The notes under the pieces are model-generated. The model did no database searches. It saw only the letters and a program-made list of their open reading frames with translations, and was not told the DNA's origin. A DNA stretch of 40,022 nt from a bacterium (GTDB taxonomy: Bacteria; Patescibacteriota; Minisyncoccia; Phycocordibacterales; UBA9973). Within the stretch, counting starts at the first letter, position 1, and each line of letters opens with the position of its first letter. The translations under genes were made by a program, and so were the position numbers. Location: positions 210,252 through 250,273 of the forward strand of contig JBAXXQ010000001.1 in the NCBI GenBank assembly GCA_037127795.1, given 5' to 3'. Below, one piece after another: positions 8,899 through 20,971 of the stretch.

Positions 8899-11184
8899 AT
8901 GCGTTTGAAGGAAATAGAAATTTCTGGATTTAAATCATTTGCAAAAAAAGCAAGTATGCCTTTTGATGCACGAGTGACTTCTGTAGTAGGACCAAACGGC
9001 TCTGGTAAAAGTAATGTAGTAGAAGCATTTCGTTTTGTACTAGGTGAGCAATCTATGAAGAGTATGCGCGGAAAATCAGGCTCCGACCTGATTTTCCGCG
9101 GCGGCCCGACAGCTCCCAAAATGTCTCGCGCTGCTGTTTCTATAACATTTGATAATAGCGATAAAGTATTTGCATTATCTGCTGGAACTACCGATGGTCG
9201 CGCTTCAATGGACACTGCGCGACACGATCCTGCAGGATCGCCTATGTTATTCGATACTATTACATTTACTCGTGAGCTTTTTTCTGATGGTACTAGTAAG
9301 TACTCGATGAATGGTACAGAGATACGTCTCAAAACTATGGTTGAGCTTCTTGCTTCAGTAAATATTGGAACATCAACGCATCATATTATTTCTCAAGGTG
9401 AAGCTGATGGGGTGCTTCGTGCAAGCGCAAAAGAACGTCGAGAAATACTTGAAGATGCATTAGGTCTCAAGGTGATCCATACTCGTATCAAAGAAAGTGT
9501 AAACAAACTCACCAAGGCAGATACGACACTCAAAGAAGTAATGAGTCTTCGTCGTGAGCTTGCACCACATCTCGCATTTCTCAAAAGACAGGTAGAAAAA
9601 TTAGAAAAATCTCGTGCTATACGTAGCGAGCTTGAAACGGCACAAATACAATTTTTATCTAATGAGCGTATAGTTTTGCGTGATGAAAATACTGCATTAA
9701 CAGAAGCTGAAGATTTTGCGCATCGCAATAAAAAAACCTTACAAGAGCGTCTCGCATCAATGCCGGATAATACACAGCAGCTAGATACTGGATATGTACA
9801 AGGCATTCAAGATATAAAACAATCATTGTTTGAAACAGAAAATAAGCGCCGAAATATAGAACAGCAAATAGCACGATTACAAGGGGTGATACAAGCACAT
9901 CGTGATTTTCAAAAAAAAGCTCCTATTGCACACAATGCAGTATCTTTTGCGTATGATACATATATAGAAATTCTTGCTCGTATAGAAAAAATACTTTCAG
10001 CATTTGATACTGTACAAAATATAGAAGACGCAAAAAAATACATACAAGAATTGCATAACCTACACAATGAGCTTTCACAAAAAACTACACAAGAAAAAGA
10101 AGTAGCAGCAGAAGATCACAGTGCAGAGATTCATCACATTGCGCTAGATATAGAGCATTTTGAAATACAATTGCGTGATATTGTTGCTGCGCAGGCAGAT
10201 CTTTTGAATAAGCAAAAAGAGCTTGAAATACAAAGAGAAAAAGCACTTCTTGGTGCTCGTACACAAACAGAAGAGCGATATGGTATCTTGGCACAGATAC
10301 AGCAAATTGATGCTGAACTCCAGGTACTCGCTATACGTAAACAGTCATTTATAGAACGAAAAAGTTTTTTCGATACAGAGCTTAGAGAAGCAGGATTTTT
10401 GTTTGGTCCAGCATTTTTGCATGCAGTACAAAATACAACACCTACACAAGAAAATACTTCTTCTGTTGATATGCGCAAGCATATTGAAAAATTGAAAATA
10501 CGACTTGATGAGCACGCAAGTATTGGTAGCGAAGTTCTCACTGAATACGAAAGTGCTGTTGAGCGTGATACATTCCTCGCAAAAGAGGTGGTGGATATCG
10601 AGACAAGTATGCGCAATTTAGAGCTTCTTATTATAGATTTAAAAAAGACTCTTGATGATACCTTTGTGCAAGGTGTCAATAATATAAATGAAAAGTTTGG
10701 AGAATTTTTTAAGGCTATGTTTGGTGGAGGAAATGCGTTTCTTTCTATTGTGCATACAAAAAAACGTACCGCAAAAAAAGATGATGATATTGATACTGAG
10801 TCTGAAGAAGAAAATGAAGAGAATATGGAGCGGGGAATTGAGGTACATGTAAGTCTCCCGGAGAAAAAAGTAAAAGAGCTTGTTATGCTTTCTGGTGGAG
10901 AGCGCTCATTAGTTTCTATTGCATTATTGTTTGCAATATCACAAGTAAATCCGCCACCATTTCTTGTTCTTGATGAGACAGATGCAGCACTCGATGAAGC
11001 AAATGCGCGACGGTATGGCGATATGATAGAGCGCCTCTCTGCGTATTCACAACTTATAGTGGTTACTCACAATCGAGAGACTATGTCTCGCGCAAGTGTC
11101 TTGTACGGGGTAACACTCGGTGCCGATGGGGGATCAAAAGTATTGTCTATCAAGTTTGATGAAGCTGTAAAGGTTGCAAAATAG
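8899..11184 (+). CDS. smc: SMC-family ATPase, short (761 aa), no evident hinge
   Basis: GFKSF, GPNGSGKSN, ISQG, coiled coils, LSGGE, FLVLDETDAALD, VTH. Confidence 0.85.
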   Translation: MRLKEIEISGFKSFAKKASMPFDARVTSVVGPNGSGKSNVVEAFRFVLGEQSMKSMRGKSGSDLIFRGGPTAPKMSRAAVSITFDNSDKVFALSAGTTDGRASMDTARHDPAGSPMLFDTITFTRELFSDGTSKYSMNGTEIRLKTMVELLASVNIGTSTHHIISQGEADGVLRASAKERREILEDALGLKVIHTRIKESVNKLTKADTTLKEVMSLRRELAPHLAFLKRQVEKLEKSRAIRSELETAQIQFLSNERIVLRDENTALTEAEDFAHRNKKTLQERLASMPDNTQQLDTGYVQGIQDIKQSLFETENKRRNIEQQIARLQGVIQAHRDFQKKAPIAHNAVSFAYDTYIEILARIEKILSAFDTVQNIEDAKKYIQELHNLHNELSQKTTQEKEVAAEDHSAEIHHIALDIEHFEIQLRDIVAAQADLLNKQKELEIQREKALLGARTQTEERYGILAQIQQIDAELQVLAIRKQSFIERKSFFDTELREAGFLFGPAFLHAVQNTTPTQENTSSVDMRKHIEKLKIRLDEHASIGSEVLTEYESAVERDTFLAKEVVDIETSMRNLELLIIDLKKTLDDTFVQGVNNINEKFGEFFKAMFGGGNAFLSIVHTKKRTAKKDDDIDTESEEENEENMERGIEVHVSLPEKKVKELVMLSGGERSLVSIALLFAISQVNPPPFLVLDETDAALDEANARRYGDMIERLSAYSQLIVVTHNRETMSRASVLYGVTLGADGGSKVLSIKFDEAVKVAK

Positions 11185-11239
11185 TCTTTTGACAAAAGTA
11201 TTTTTGAGAGTAGGATAGAAGGAAATAAACTCGTTCTAT

Positions 11240-11887
11240 ATGAATACTCAAATTAAAAAACGCCTTTCTGAAAAAATTAGTGCTAGTGTCAAAAATCTTT
11301 CCAAGGAAGATCAAAAGAATGTTTTCTCAGTGTTACTGCTTGGAATTTATAAGAAAATTCCAGAGCACCGTTCGAAAACACTAGTTTTTGTACCAGCAGA
11401 AAATAATTTGCTGGAAATGAAACTTGCAAACGGTGCGCACATTTTTTGGCTTCATAAAAATGAGGACGAAAAAGATCTGATCACGCAAGCGCTAAAAGTT
11501 TTTTCTCAGAACCTATCTTCACAGGTTCCGAGAAGGATACACGATTGCGCTGACGTTCTTTTGAAAAAAGGAATGATGTTCCATCAGATTGAGCTTTTAT
11601 TTGAGCATTATTTGCTCAATAGCCTTCCTTTTCCGTGGGGTGTACTACCTCATAACAAGGGGAACCTTGTTACAAAAGATTTTAATCTTATTTTGCATTC
11701 GGAAGATTTTCGCACGATACAGTTAGTCTGTGCAATTTCTGGAGGAGAAATAATCAAAGAAACTCCTGAAAAAGAATTGTTGGAAGAAATTCGTTTTGGC
11801 AAGATATCTTGCACGTATTGTGCAGAACTTGCTACTACTATCGAAGATGGTAAACCAGTATGTGGAATACCAGGAAATCATGATTAG
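11240..11887 (+). CDS. Hypothetical protein with possible C-terminal Zn site
   Basis: 215-aa ORF with TTGACA promoter; CTYC...VCG...H. Confidence 0.6.
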   Translation: MNTQIKKRLSEKISASVKNLSKEDQKNVFSVLLLGIYKKIPEHRSKTLVFVPAENNLLEMKLANGAHIFWLHKNEDEKDLITQALKVFSQNLSSQVPRRIHDCADVLLKKGMMFHQIELLFEHYLLNSLPFPWGVLPHNKGNLVTKDFNLILHSEDFRTIQLVCAISGGEIIKETPEKELLEEIRFGKISCTYCAELATTIEDGKPVCGIPGNHD

Positions 11888-11922
11888 TGTTTTTTATGTA
11901 AGGTGTTACAGTGCTCTTATTT

Positions 11923-13206
11923 TTAGGATAAGGGCACTTTATTTTTTATAACAGTTTCGAGTTTTATTCCGCGAGATGCTTTTAAGAAAACATAATTATT
12001 TTCTATATCTAATTGGTCAAAATATTCTTGAGCGTGTTGCGATGTTTCAAAAAATATATAAGGAAATTCATTTTTATGAATAAAAAATCGAGGTCCTACA
12101 CAAAGGATAGTATCTCCTGCAATAGTATATTTTTGCACAATATCTAAAATATGTTTGTGCATCATATTTTCTTGTTCACCAATTTCTAGCATATCACCAA
12201 TAATTATAATTCTTTTTCCTTGTGGGCTTTGGGTAAAAAAGTCTATTAAGGCAAGCTCCATACTGGTAGGATTCGCATTGTAGCAATCAATGGCAAATGT
12301 GGTGGTGTCTTGGTGTACAATTTGAGATCGTTTTAAATTAGGAATATAGTTTTCTATTGCATTTTTTATATTTTCAAGAGAGATAGAGAAAAACTCTCCT
12401 ATAGCAATAGCCGCAAGAATGTTTGGCTCATTATAACTTCCAAAAAGAGTGCTTTGTATAGAAGTGTTGTTATATATAAGTCCTGCAAATAGTTTTGAAT
12501 TACTATGAACTTCTAGGATAGGGTAGAGGATACGATTTGTGTGTTCACTATCTGTGACTAAATCAGTAATATTTTTATTTACAAAAACAGTGCAAGGATT
12601 GTGTTGTGCCCAATCATATATTTCTTTATTTGCATAGCGAGCTCCCTCTATTGAACCAAATCCTTCGAGATGGTCTGCGCCATTATTTGTCACAAGTATG
12701 TGTGTTGGTTCAATAATATGTAAAAGCTCGGTATGTTCTAGTGGATGATTTGCGCCTATTTCTATAACTGCAATTTCTGTATCTTTTGGCATTGCAAGTA
12801 TTGTTAGTGGGACACCAATATCATTATTCAAATTTCCTTTAGTTACATGTATGTTGTATTGTGTCTGTAGTACTTGCGCGACAAGTTCTTTGGTGGTTGT
12901 TTTACCATTTGAGCCACCTATGCAAATAACTGGAATAGAAAAACTTTTTCTATAGAGATAAGCTATTTCAGAGAGAAACTTTTTTGTATCGGGGACAAGA
13001 ATACAGTTTTCATTATTACAATATGCAGCGTTATCCAAAATTACATACTGTGCACCATTAGCAAAAGCTTGCTCTGCGAAACTATTACCATCAAAAGTAT
13101 CTCCTTTAATGCCAATGTATACTGAATCATTTTTAATAGTCCGGGTATCTATAGATATAGAAAGATTTTTTTCTTGGAGTAGGGTATAGATTTGCTCGGT
13201 ATTCAT
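11923..13206 (-). CDS. murF: UDP-MurNAc-tripeptide--D-Ala-D-Ala ligase
   Basis: SIDTR, GSNGKTTTKE, GNLNNDIGVP, DCYNANPTSM, GDMLEIG, KASRG; start set at ATG 13206, 6 nt after TATACT. Confidence 0.93.
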   Translation of the reverse strand: MNTEQIYTLLQEKNLSISIDTRTIKNDSVYIGIKGDTFDGNSFAEQAFANGAQYVILDNAAYCNNENCILVPDTKKFLSEIAYLYRKSFSIPVICIGGSNGKTTTKELVAQVLQTQYNIHVTKGNLNNDIGVPLTILAMPKDTEIAVIEIGANHPLEHTELLHIIEPTHILVTNNGADHLEGFGSIEGARYANKEIYDWAQHNPCTVFVNKNITDLVTDSEHTNRILYPILEVHSNSKLFAGLIYNNTSIQSTLFGSYNEPNILAAIAIGEFFSISLENIKNAIENYIPNLKRSQIVHQDTTTFAIDCYNANPTSMELALIDFFTQSPQGKRIIIIGDMLEIGEQENMMHKHILDIVQKYTIAGDTILCVGPRFFIHKNEFPYIFFETSQHAQEYFDQLDIENNYVFLKASRGIKLETVIKNKVPLS

Positions 13207-13286
13207 ATACAAAGTATACAGGACTGAGAGTGCTTGTATATTTTGACATTTATTATTTGTAATGGTAATTTTATAAAAAAATAAAT

Positions 13287-13718
13287 ATGAATGTAGATGC
13301 TCATTTAAAGAAACTGTTCCAAAAGACTGATAGGGTAGGAGTAGCTCCAAAATTAGAGATGCTCCATGTTGCACATTGCAAGATAGAAGGGGTTAATTTT
13401 TTTGTACATAAAGACAGAGGATGGGAGTATTTGTTACTCTCTCTCTGTGCTAGTGTGCTAGATGATGCTGTTTTGCAAGAACAGCTCAAAAATAAATATC
13501 CATATAGTATTGCACTCTCTGCTATACAACCTATTGATAGGTTTATAGAAAAGAGATATTGCAGTATTTTATTAATTGATGGAGTTTTTCAAATTACGGC
13601 AGAATCAGTACATGTGGAAAACTTTAAACAAGTACCTGGTCTAAAAAAGACAACAGCAAAAGCAACCAGTCTCAGTATTGCATTTGAGGAACTTATCGAA
13701 AAATCCAAGATTTTATAA
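13287..13718 (+). CDS. Hypothetical protein
   Basis: 143-aa ORF, TTGACA upstream, terminator hairpin over the stop codon. Confidence 0.6.
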   Translation: MNVDAHLKKLFQKTDRVGVAPKLEMLHVAHCKIEGVNFFVHKDRGWEYLLLSLCASVLDDAVLQEQLKNKYPYSIALSAIQPIDRFIEKRYCSILLIDGVFQITAESVHVENFKQVPGLKKTTAKATSLSIAFEELIEKSKIL

Positions 13719-13778
13719 TCTTGGGTTTTTTTCTTGCTTTTTTTATAAAAAGGAGTAGAGTTTCAAAAAACAAACCAC

Positions 13779-14072
13779 ATGAGAGTATTTTTGTACATTC
13801 TGGTGTTTGGTGTTCTGTGCTTATGCATAAGCACAAAAAAAGTTGCTCCTGTAGTAAAAAAAGAAGCTGTGTCTCCGGTAAAAGGGGTACATAAAAATAT
13901 TGATAATCATATTTGTTTCTACCGAAATGAATATAGAGATTCAAACATTTTCTTCTATCTTCGTAAAAGAGGGTGGAAAACATTTTTTATAGATGATTCG
14001 TTCCTGTTTCCGCTGTCGTCGGAAACATGTAATGGATGTCCATTTTTAATAACTACTGGGCACCCACCTTAG
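13779..14072 (+). CDS. Hypothetical protein with N-terminal hydrophobic segment
   Basis: MRVFLYILVFGVLCLCIS; followed by a terminator at 14122-14150. Confidence 0.5.
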   Translation: MRVFLYILVFGVLCLCISTKKVAPVVKKEAVSPVKGVHKNIDNHICFYRNEYRDSNIFFYLRKRGWKTFFIDDSFLFPLSSETCNGCPFLITTGHPP

Positions 14073-14179
14073 GTGGAAACCCCACCTAGATGAAACGCCA
14101 AAACTGAAAGTTAAGCTAATGACTGCCGCCTTAAAAAAGCGGCAGTTTTTGTATATAAAAACGGTGTTTGGGAGATTGC

Positions 14180-14243
14180 TTGACTTCTTTTTTGCTTGGT
14201 ATATAATGCCCCTACTTGTTTAGAACAAGCTGTGCCTTGAAAA
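14180..14243 (+). promoter_or_regulatory. rRNA promoter and boxA-like element
   Basis: TTGACT-N16-TATAAT at 14180-14207; gtgccttgaaaa at 14232-14243. Confidence 0.6.
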
Positions 14244-14375
14244 TACAATATCAAATACAAAATAATCTAAAAATACGTTTGAAAATATAGACAAAAGAAA
14301 CGTTGCACACGGATGTGCAACATAATCGTTTTTCTTTTGTCTCGTCTTGGATATATATTATTTATAATTATATCC

Positions 14376-16056
<1,681 letters not shown>

Positions 16057-16236
16057 TTGAGATGTTTTTATTTCTGACTTTCGAGTTGGAATAAAAATTG
16101 ATACGGTTGATAATATCGTAAGATATAAAAAGGTTCTGGTGGATGACTCAATATTCACTCCTTGTACCAAGGTTACGGTACACAAACCCTTGTGCACATC
16201 ATATGAGTGCATAAGGTAAGACGAGACAAAAGAAAG

Positions 16237-16695
16237 ATGATTAAGCGTAATGTAAAAACTTTTTGTATTTGGGCACTCACAACGATCGGCATTTTAAGTG
16301 CCGTTTTTGTGCTTTATTCTCATAAAACACCCTCAAATTCATATCTCGTATATGAAGGCAAACAACTACCTGTCTCTATTGCAGATACGCCAGCACTCCA
16401 AGAACACGGCCTTTCTGATACAGCATCACTTCCTATACATACAGGGATGTTTTTTGTATTTTCAAATCCTGGTATGTATGGATTTTGGATGAAAGATATG
16501 CAATATCCGCTCGATATTATATGGCTTGATGCGCAATTCCATATTATTACTATACAAGAAAACCTTAGCCCAGAAACATACCCACACGTGTTTTATCCAG
16601 ACAGTAATGCGCAATATGTTCTCGAGATTAATACTGGTGAATCAAAATATTTACACCTCACGCTTGGAGGAACTTTCGAATTTCATAAAAAGTAA
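16237..16695 (+). CDS. DUF192 domain membrane-anchored protein
   Basis: IADTP...GLS...GMFFVF...FWMKDMQYPLDIIWLD...YVLEI. Confidence 0.85.
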   Translation: MIKRNVKTFCIWALTTIGILSAVFVLYSHKTPSNSYLVYEGKQLPVSIADTPALQEHGLSDTASLPIHTGMFFVFSNPGMYGFWMKDMQYPLDIIWLDAQFHIITIQENLSPETYPHVFYPDSNAQYVLEINTGESKYLHLTLGGTFEFHKK

Positions 16696-16711
16696 AATAG
16701 CTTTTTTGTAG

Positions 16712-16727
16712 TGACCACATATAGGGT
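16712..16727 (+). promoter_or_regulatory. Putative NrdR box
   Basis: tgaCcAcATaTaGggt resembles acaCwAtATaTwGtgt and lies upstream of RNR; no clear second box. Confidence 0.4.
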
Positions 16728-16884
16728 ACTGAAAAACTTCTCTATATAATATTATTTTGACACATTGTCTTCACAGAGACGATGTTTTATTTTTTGATAC
16801 AAATTTTCTATCATTTTCCTATGCGCATCTCTCTGTATTCGGTACAATAGGGTATTACAAATTTATACAGACAAATAGTAACGC

Positions 16885-19257
16885 ATGACACCAATCACCC
16901 TCACCAAAGCAGACTTGGCTAAAATAAAGAGTATTCGTAATCGTGACTTAGAAATAGTGCCGTTTGAAATAGAACGTATTGCGCACGCAGTGCAAAAAGC
17001 TTTTACACAGACAAATGAAGGTGGAGAAAAAGAATCTGACTGGGTAGCAAAAAAAGTATATAAAGAATTGCTTAATTTGAAAAAAGAAAGTAAGGACAAG
17101 CAATTTTTGCCAAGTGTTGAACAAATACAAGATATCGTAGAACGCGAGTTGATGGTGCTCGGCTTTACTGATACCGCAAAAGCGTATATTTTGTATCGCC
17201 AAGAACGCGCAATGATGCGTGAATCTATTGGTACTCTTTCTGTAGAAGAGCGTAAGGTGTTTACTGATTCTAGTAAGTACTTTGCTAGTTCTTATGAAGA
17301 ATTTATCTTCTATCGTACATACTCTAAGTGGCAAGACGAGATTGGTCGTCGTGAGACTTGGATTGAAACTATTGATCGTTTTATGGCGTTCATGAAAAAG
17401 CGTCTCGGAAAAGCGCTTACAGAAAAAGAATACGAAGAAGTTCGTGTTGGTATTTTGAAACAAGAGATTTGTCCTTCTATGCGTCTACTATGGTCTGCAG
17501 GAAATGCGTGCGACAAGAGTAATGTCTGGGCATATAACTGCTCATACATCGCTCCTGTGACATGGCAGGACCTTGGAGAGGTGATGTACATCCTTATGTG
17601 TGGTGCAGGATTAGGTTTTTCTGTTGAAACAGAGACTGTACAAAAATTTCCACAAATCAAACGACAAACAGGAAAGAAAATTCCTACACATGTTGTCGCA
17701 GATAGTAAAGAAGGCTGGGCAGATGCATTTGTGCTCGCTTGTAAAACATGGGCAGATGGAAAGGATATAGATTTTGATTATTCAAAAATCCGTCCAAATG
17801 GTGCTCGTCTCAAAACAGCTGGAGGACGTGCCTCAGGACCACAACCACTTATCGACTTGATTGCGTTTGCAAAGACAAAGATTCTCGCTCGCCAAGGTCG
17901 CCGTCTTTCAAATATTGATTTGCACGATATTATTTGCCAAATCGGTCTTATTGTGGTTGCTGGAGGGGTACGCCGCAGTGCACTTATTTCTCTTTCAGAT
18001 CTCGATGATGAACAAATGCGTAAGAGTAAACAAGGGCAATTCTGGGTTGAAAACGGTCAGCGTTCTATGGCAAATAACTCAGCAGTATATTTGCAAAAAC
18101 CAAGTACGGAAACATTCCTCGAAGAATGGATGGATCTTATCAAGTCAGGTACTGGGGAGCGAGGAATATTCAATCGTGGTGGCCTTCTTACACAACTTCC
18201 AAAACGTCGTATCGAAAATTGGAAAGAAGCAGGTATTATTGATGAAAATAATCACATTGTAGAAATGCCAGGATCAAACCCTTGCGGAGAGATTACGCTT
18301 CGCTCAAAGCAATTTTGTAACCTTACTTCTATCGTAGTGCGTCCACGAGACACTGTAGAAGATTTGAAACGAAAGGTAAAACTTGCAACAATCCTCGGAA
18401 CATACCAGGCAACATTGACCTTCTTCCCATATCTTTCAAAAGAGTGGAAAGAAAACTGTGATGAAGAAGCATTGCTCGGCTGTTCTATTACTGGATATTA
18501 CGATAACAAAACTATCCGCAACGATGCAGTCCTTCGTGATCTCAAAACAGAGGCTATCAAAGTAAACAAGCAATACGCAAAGAAATTTGGTATCAATGAA
18601 TCTACCTGTATCACCACTATCAAGCCGCACGGAAACTCAGGACAGCTTCTCAATGTGGGGTCTGGTATGCACCCATGGTTTGCAAAATACTATATCCGTC
18701 GCGTACGTATCGCAGTAAATGATCCACTATACAAATTGATGATGGATCAAGGAGTTCCTGCAAAACCAGAAGTAGGGTACTCAACAGCAAACTCAACAGT
18801 AGCTGTTCTTGAATTCCCAATCAAAGCTCCAGAAGGTGCTATCACCAAAGACAAGGTTTCTGCGCTCGATCTTCTTGGTGAATGGAAGCGTCTCAAAGAA
18901 AACTACATCGAACACAATCCGTCAGTGACTATTTATGTAGGACCAGATGAATGGCTCAAGGTTGCAAGTTTTGTATATGAAAACTGGGATATCGTAGGAG
19001 GACTTTCATTCTTGCCACGAAGTGAACACGTATACCAACTCGCACCATACGAAGAAATTACCAAAGAAGAATACGAAAGTCGTAAAAAAGAAATTACTCA
19101 TATCGACTTCTCAAAACTTATGTATTACGAACAAGAAGATAATACACAAGGAGCAAAAGAGTTTGCATGTGTATCTGGTGTTTGTTCTATAGATGATGTG
19201 CTCGCTGAAGAGGCAAAAAAAGATCAAGCAACAAATACTGCAACAACAAAAGAATAA
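16885..19257 (+). CDS. nrdJ: Class II (adenosylcobalamin-dependent) ribonucleotide reductase with N-terminal ATP cone
   Basis: ATP cone (VEQIQDIVERELM..AKAYILYR), RTYS..RRETW, YNC, GGVRRSA, NPCGEI, QFCNL, C-terminal CVSGVC; no beta-subunit gene adjacent. Confidence 0.85.
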   Translation: MTPITLTKADLAKIKSIRNRDLEIVPFEIERIAHAVQKAFTQTNEGGEKESDWVAKKVYKELLNLKKESKDKQFLPSVEQIQDIVERELMVLGFTDTAKAYILYRQERAMMRESIGTLSVEERKVFTDSSKYFASSYEEFIFYRTYSKWQDEIGRRETWIETIDRFMAFMKKRLGKALTEKEYEEVRVGILKQEICPSMRLLWSAGNACDKSNVWAYNCSYIAPVTWQDLGEVMYILMCGAGLGFSVETETVQKFPQIKRQTGKKIPTHVVADSKEGWADAFVLACKTWADGKDIDFDYSKIRPNGARLKTAGGRASGPQPLIDLIAFAKTKILARQGRRLSNIDLHDIICQIGLIVVAGGVRRSALISLSDLDDEQMRKSKQGQFWVENGQRSMANNSAVYLQKPSTETFLEEWMDLIKSGTGERGIFNRGGLLTQLPKRRIENWKEAGIIDENNHIVEMPGSNPCGEITLRSKQFCNLTSIVVRPRDTVEDLKRKVKLATILGTYQATLTFFPYLSKEWKENCDEEALLGCSITGYYDNKTIRNDAVLRDLKTEAIKVNKQYAKKFGINESTCITTIKPHGNSGQLLNVGSGMHPWFAKYYIRRVRIAVNDPLYKLMMDQGVPAKPEVGYSTANSTVAVLEFPIKAPEGAITKDKVSALDLLGEWKRLKENYIEHNPSVTIYVGPDEWLKVASFVYENWDIVGGLSFLPRSEHVYQLAPYEEITKEEYESRKKEITHIDFSKLMYYEQEDNTQGAKEFACVSGVCSIDDVLAEEAKKDQATNTATTKE

Positions 19258-19267
19258 TATAAAAAGG

Positions 19268-19295
19268 AAAATCCCCCTCGCGAGAGGGGGATTTT
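19268..19295. terminator. Bidirectional terminator between nrdJ and rnpB
   Basis: aaaatccccctc-gcga-gagggggatttt. Confidence 0.8.
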
Positions 19296-19301
19296 GATAT
19301 G

Positions 19302-19614
19302 TCGTGCACCATAAGCCGAATTCTGTTTAAGATAGATATTTATCTAGGTCTACAATTACTCATAGACTCAAGCAGCACTTCCGATTGCTCGGACACGGCC
19401 TTGCACACAAGTAAGGATTTAGCCGTTTCACTGTATATGTTTCCATATATGCTCATCCTTGCGGATGCCTCTGCATTTCTGCTCGGGCGTCTCTGCTCGC
19501 ACCTCTCGGTTTACCCGGATGGGAATTACCCACTACCTGTACGAATTGAATCGTTGTGTGTTCGGACTTTCCTCATACACTTCAAAAGAAATATACGCAT
19601 CTATCTGGTGCACA
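19302..19614 (-). ncRNA. rnpB: RNase P RNA
   Basis: Minus strand has GAGGAAAGTCC and AACAGAATTCGGCTTA (P4), with P1 gtgcacca/tggtgcac. Confidence 0.95.
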
Positions 19615-19742
19615 AAAGATACTGTAGCATAGATCTATATACTTGACAAATATAGCATAATATGCTAACATATATTTATAAGGTTCTTTTAAAAAGATCC
19701 TCACAAAAAACGGTTTAGGAAACCTGAGGGTCATTTAAATAT

Positions 19743-20048
19743 ATGCTATATTTTAAAACAAAGAAAAATAGCTTGATAGTTAAAATTTGTGTAGACCATG
19801 ATAAGGACGAATATGTTTTCGTTACTATCACTTGTTTGCCAAATGGATATTATCCATTTAAGGTTTCGTACGCAGGTGCGAGTGAAAGAGTTTGGAATTT
19901 TCTTGTAAAGAAAAATACACCAAATAATCTTTCTGATAATCCTAAAGACTATCAGATGTATGAAACTGCAATGGATGATCAAGATAAAATTGATCAAGAA
20001 ATAGCAGATTCAACCTGGGAGATGAGCATGGTTGTTCATTACAGGTAA
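19743..20048 (+). CDS. Hypothetical protein
   Basis: 101-aa ORF with TTGACA-N17-TAACAT promoter and a downstream hairpin. Confidence 0.55.
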   Translation: MLYFKTKKNSLIVKICVDHDKDEYVFVTITCLPNGYYPFKVSYAGASERVWNFLVKKNTPNNLSDNPKDYQMYETAMDDQDKIDQEIADSTWEMSMVVHYR

Positions 20049-20247
20049 ATCAAAAACGTTTTTTAATAATTGGTATTAAAAAACTAAGAGGCCCTTGCGT
20101 TACGCATAGGGTTTTTTATTTTGATACCTTGCATAATTTATATATTTGATATATAGTGTGTTTGTACTCTTCTGTTGCTTAGGTGGCAGGACGCGAAAAC
20201 GCAACAATTGTTGCGTTTTCTGCATTCTAGTATTATTCTTATATTAT

Positions 20248-20865
20248 ATGAAAATGAATATCTATATAGATAGTTTCAATCTTTATTATGGTGCGCTTAA
20301 AAAATCAAATACTAAATGGCTCAATATTTCACAATTGTGTTTATATCTTTTTCCTAATAATACTATTCATAAAATTAAATATTATACAGCTCCAGTAAAA
20401 CTTCGTCCGAATGATATCGATATAGATAAACCAAATAGACAACAAATATATTTTCGTGCATTGCGGACACTTCCAAATTTAGAAATAGTGTATGGAAGTT
20501 TTTTATCTCACAAGATTTCAATGAAGCGTGCTGATGGGGAGGGGTATATTACTGTTATAAAAACCGAAGAAAAAGGTACTGATGTAAATATTGCTACTCA
20601 TTTAGTCCATGATGCTCATAATCATGATTTTGAAATAGCTGTTGTTATTTCAAACGATTCTGACTTGGTTGAACCGATTAAAATAGTTACAAGAGATTTA
20701 TGCCTACCTGTAATTGTGGTCAGCCCTTTTGAACGCAACTCTATAGAATTAAAAAATATTGCAAGCTCTGTGCGACATATTCGTAAGGGTGTTTTACGAG
20801 TTAGTCAATTTCCCGATATATTAGAAGATGAAATAGGTCAATTTACAAAACCTATGAATTGGTAA
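20248..20865 (+). CDS. NYN-domain (PIN-fold, LabA/NicB-like) ribonuclease
   Basis: IYIDSFNLYYG, EEKGTDVNIA, VISNDSDL acidic motifs. Confidence 0.85.
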   Translation: MKMNIYIDSFNLYYGALKKSNTKWLNISQLCLYLFPNNTIHKIKYYTAPVKLRPNDIDIDKPNRQQIYFRALRTLPNLEIVYGSFLSHKISMKRADGEGYITVIKTEEKGTDVNIATHLVHDAHNHDFEIAVVISNDSDLVEPIKIVTRDLCLPVIVVSPFERNSIELKNIASSVRHIRKGVLRVSQFPDILEDEIGQFTKPMNW

Positions 20866-20971
20866 ATATACATTTGACAATTTCACAAATTATGATAATA
20901 TAAAATCAAAGATACACGTTGTATCAAAACAAAAACTGGCTTGGCAGTGACCAAGAAAATACATTAATAAA

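Noticed and set aside
13207-13374. Long N-terminal extension of MurF (similar for LysE, NYN, SecA, L32)
   Set aside because: Overlaps neighbouring genes or promoters; the downstream ATGs fit the domain starts and -10 spacing
19299-19646. 115-aa ORF
   Set aside because: Antisense to the RNase P RNA
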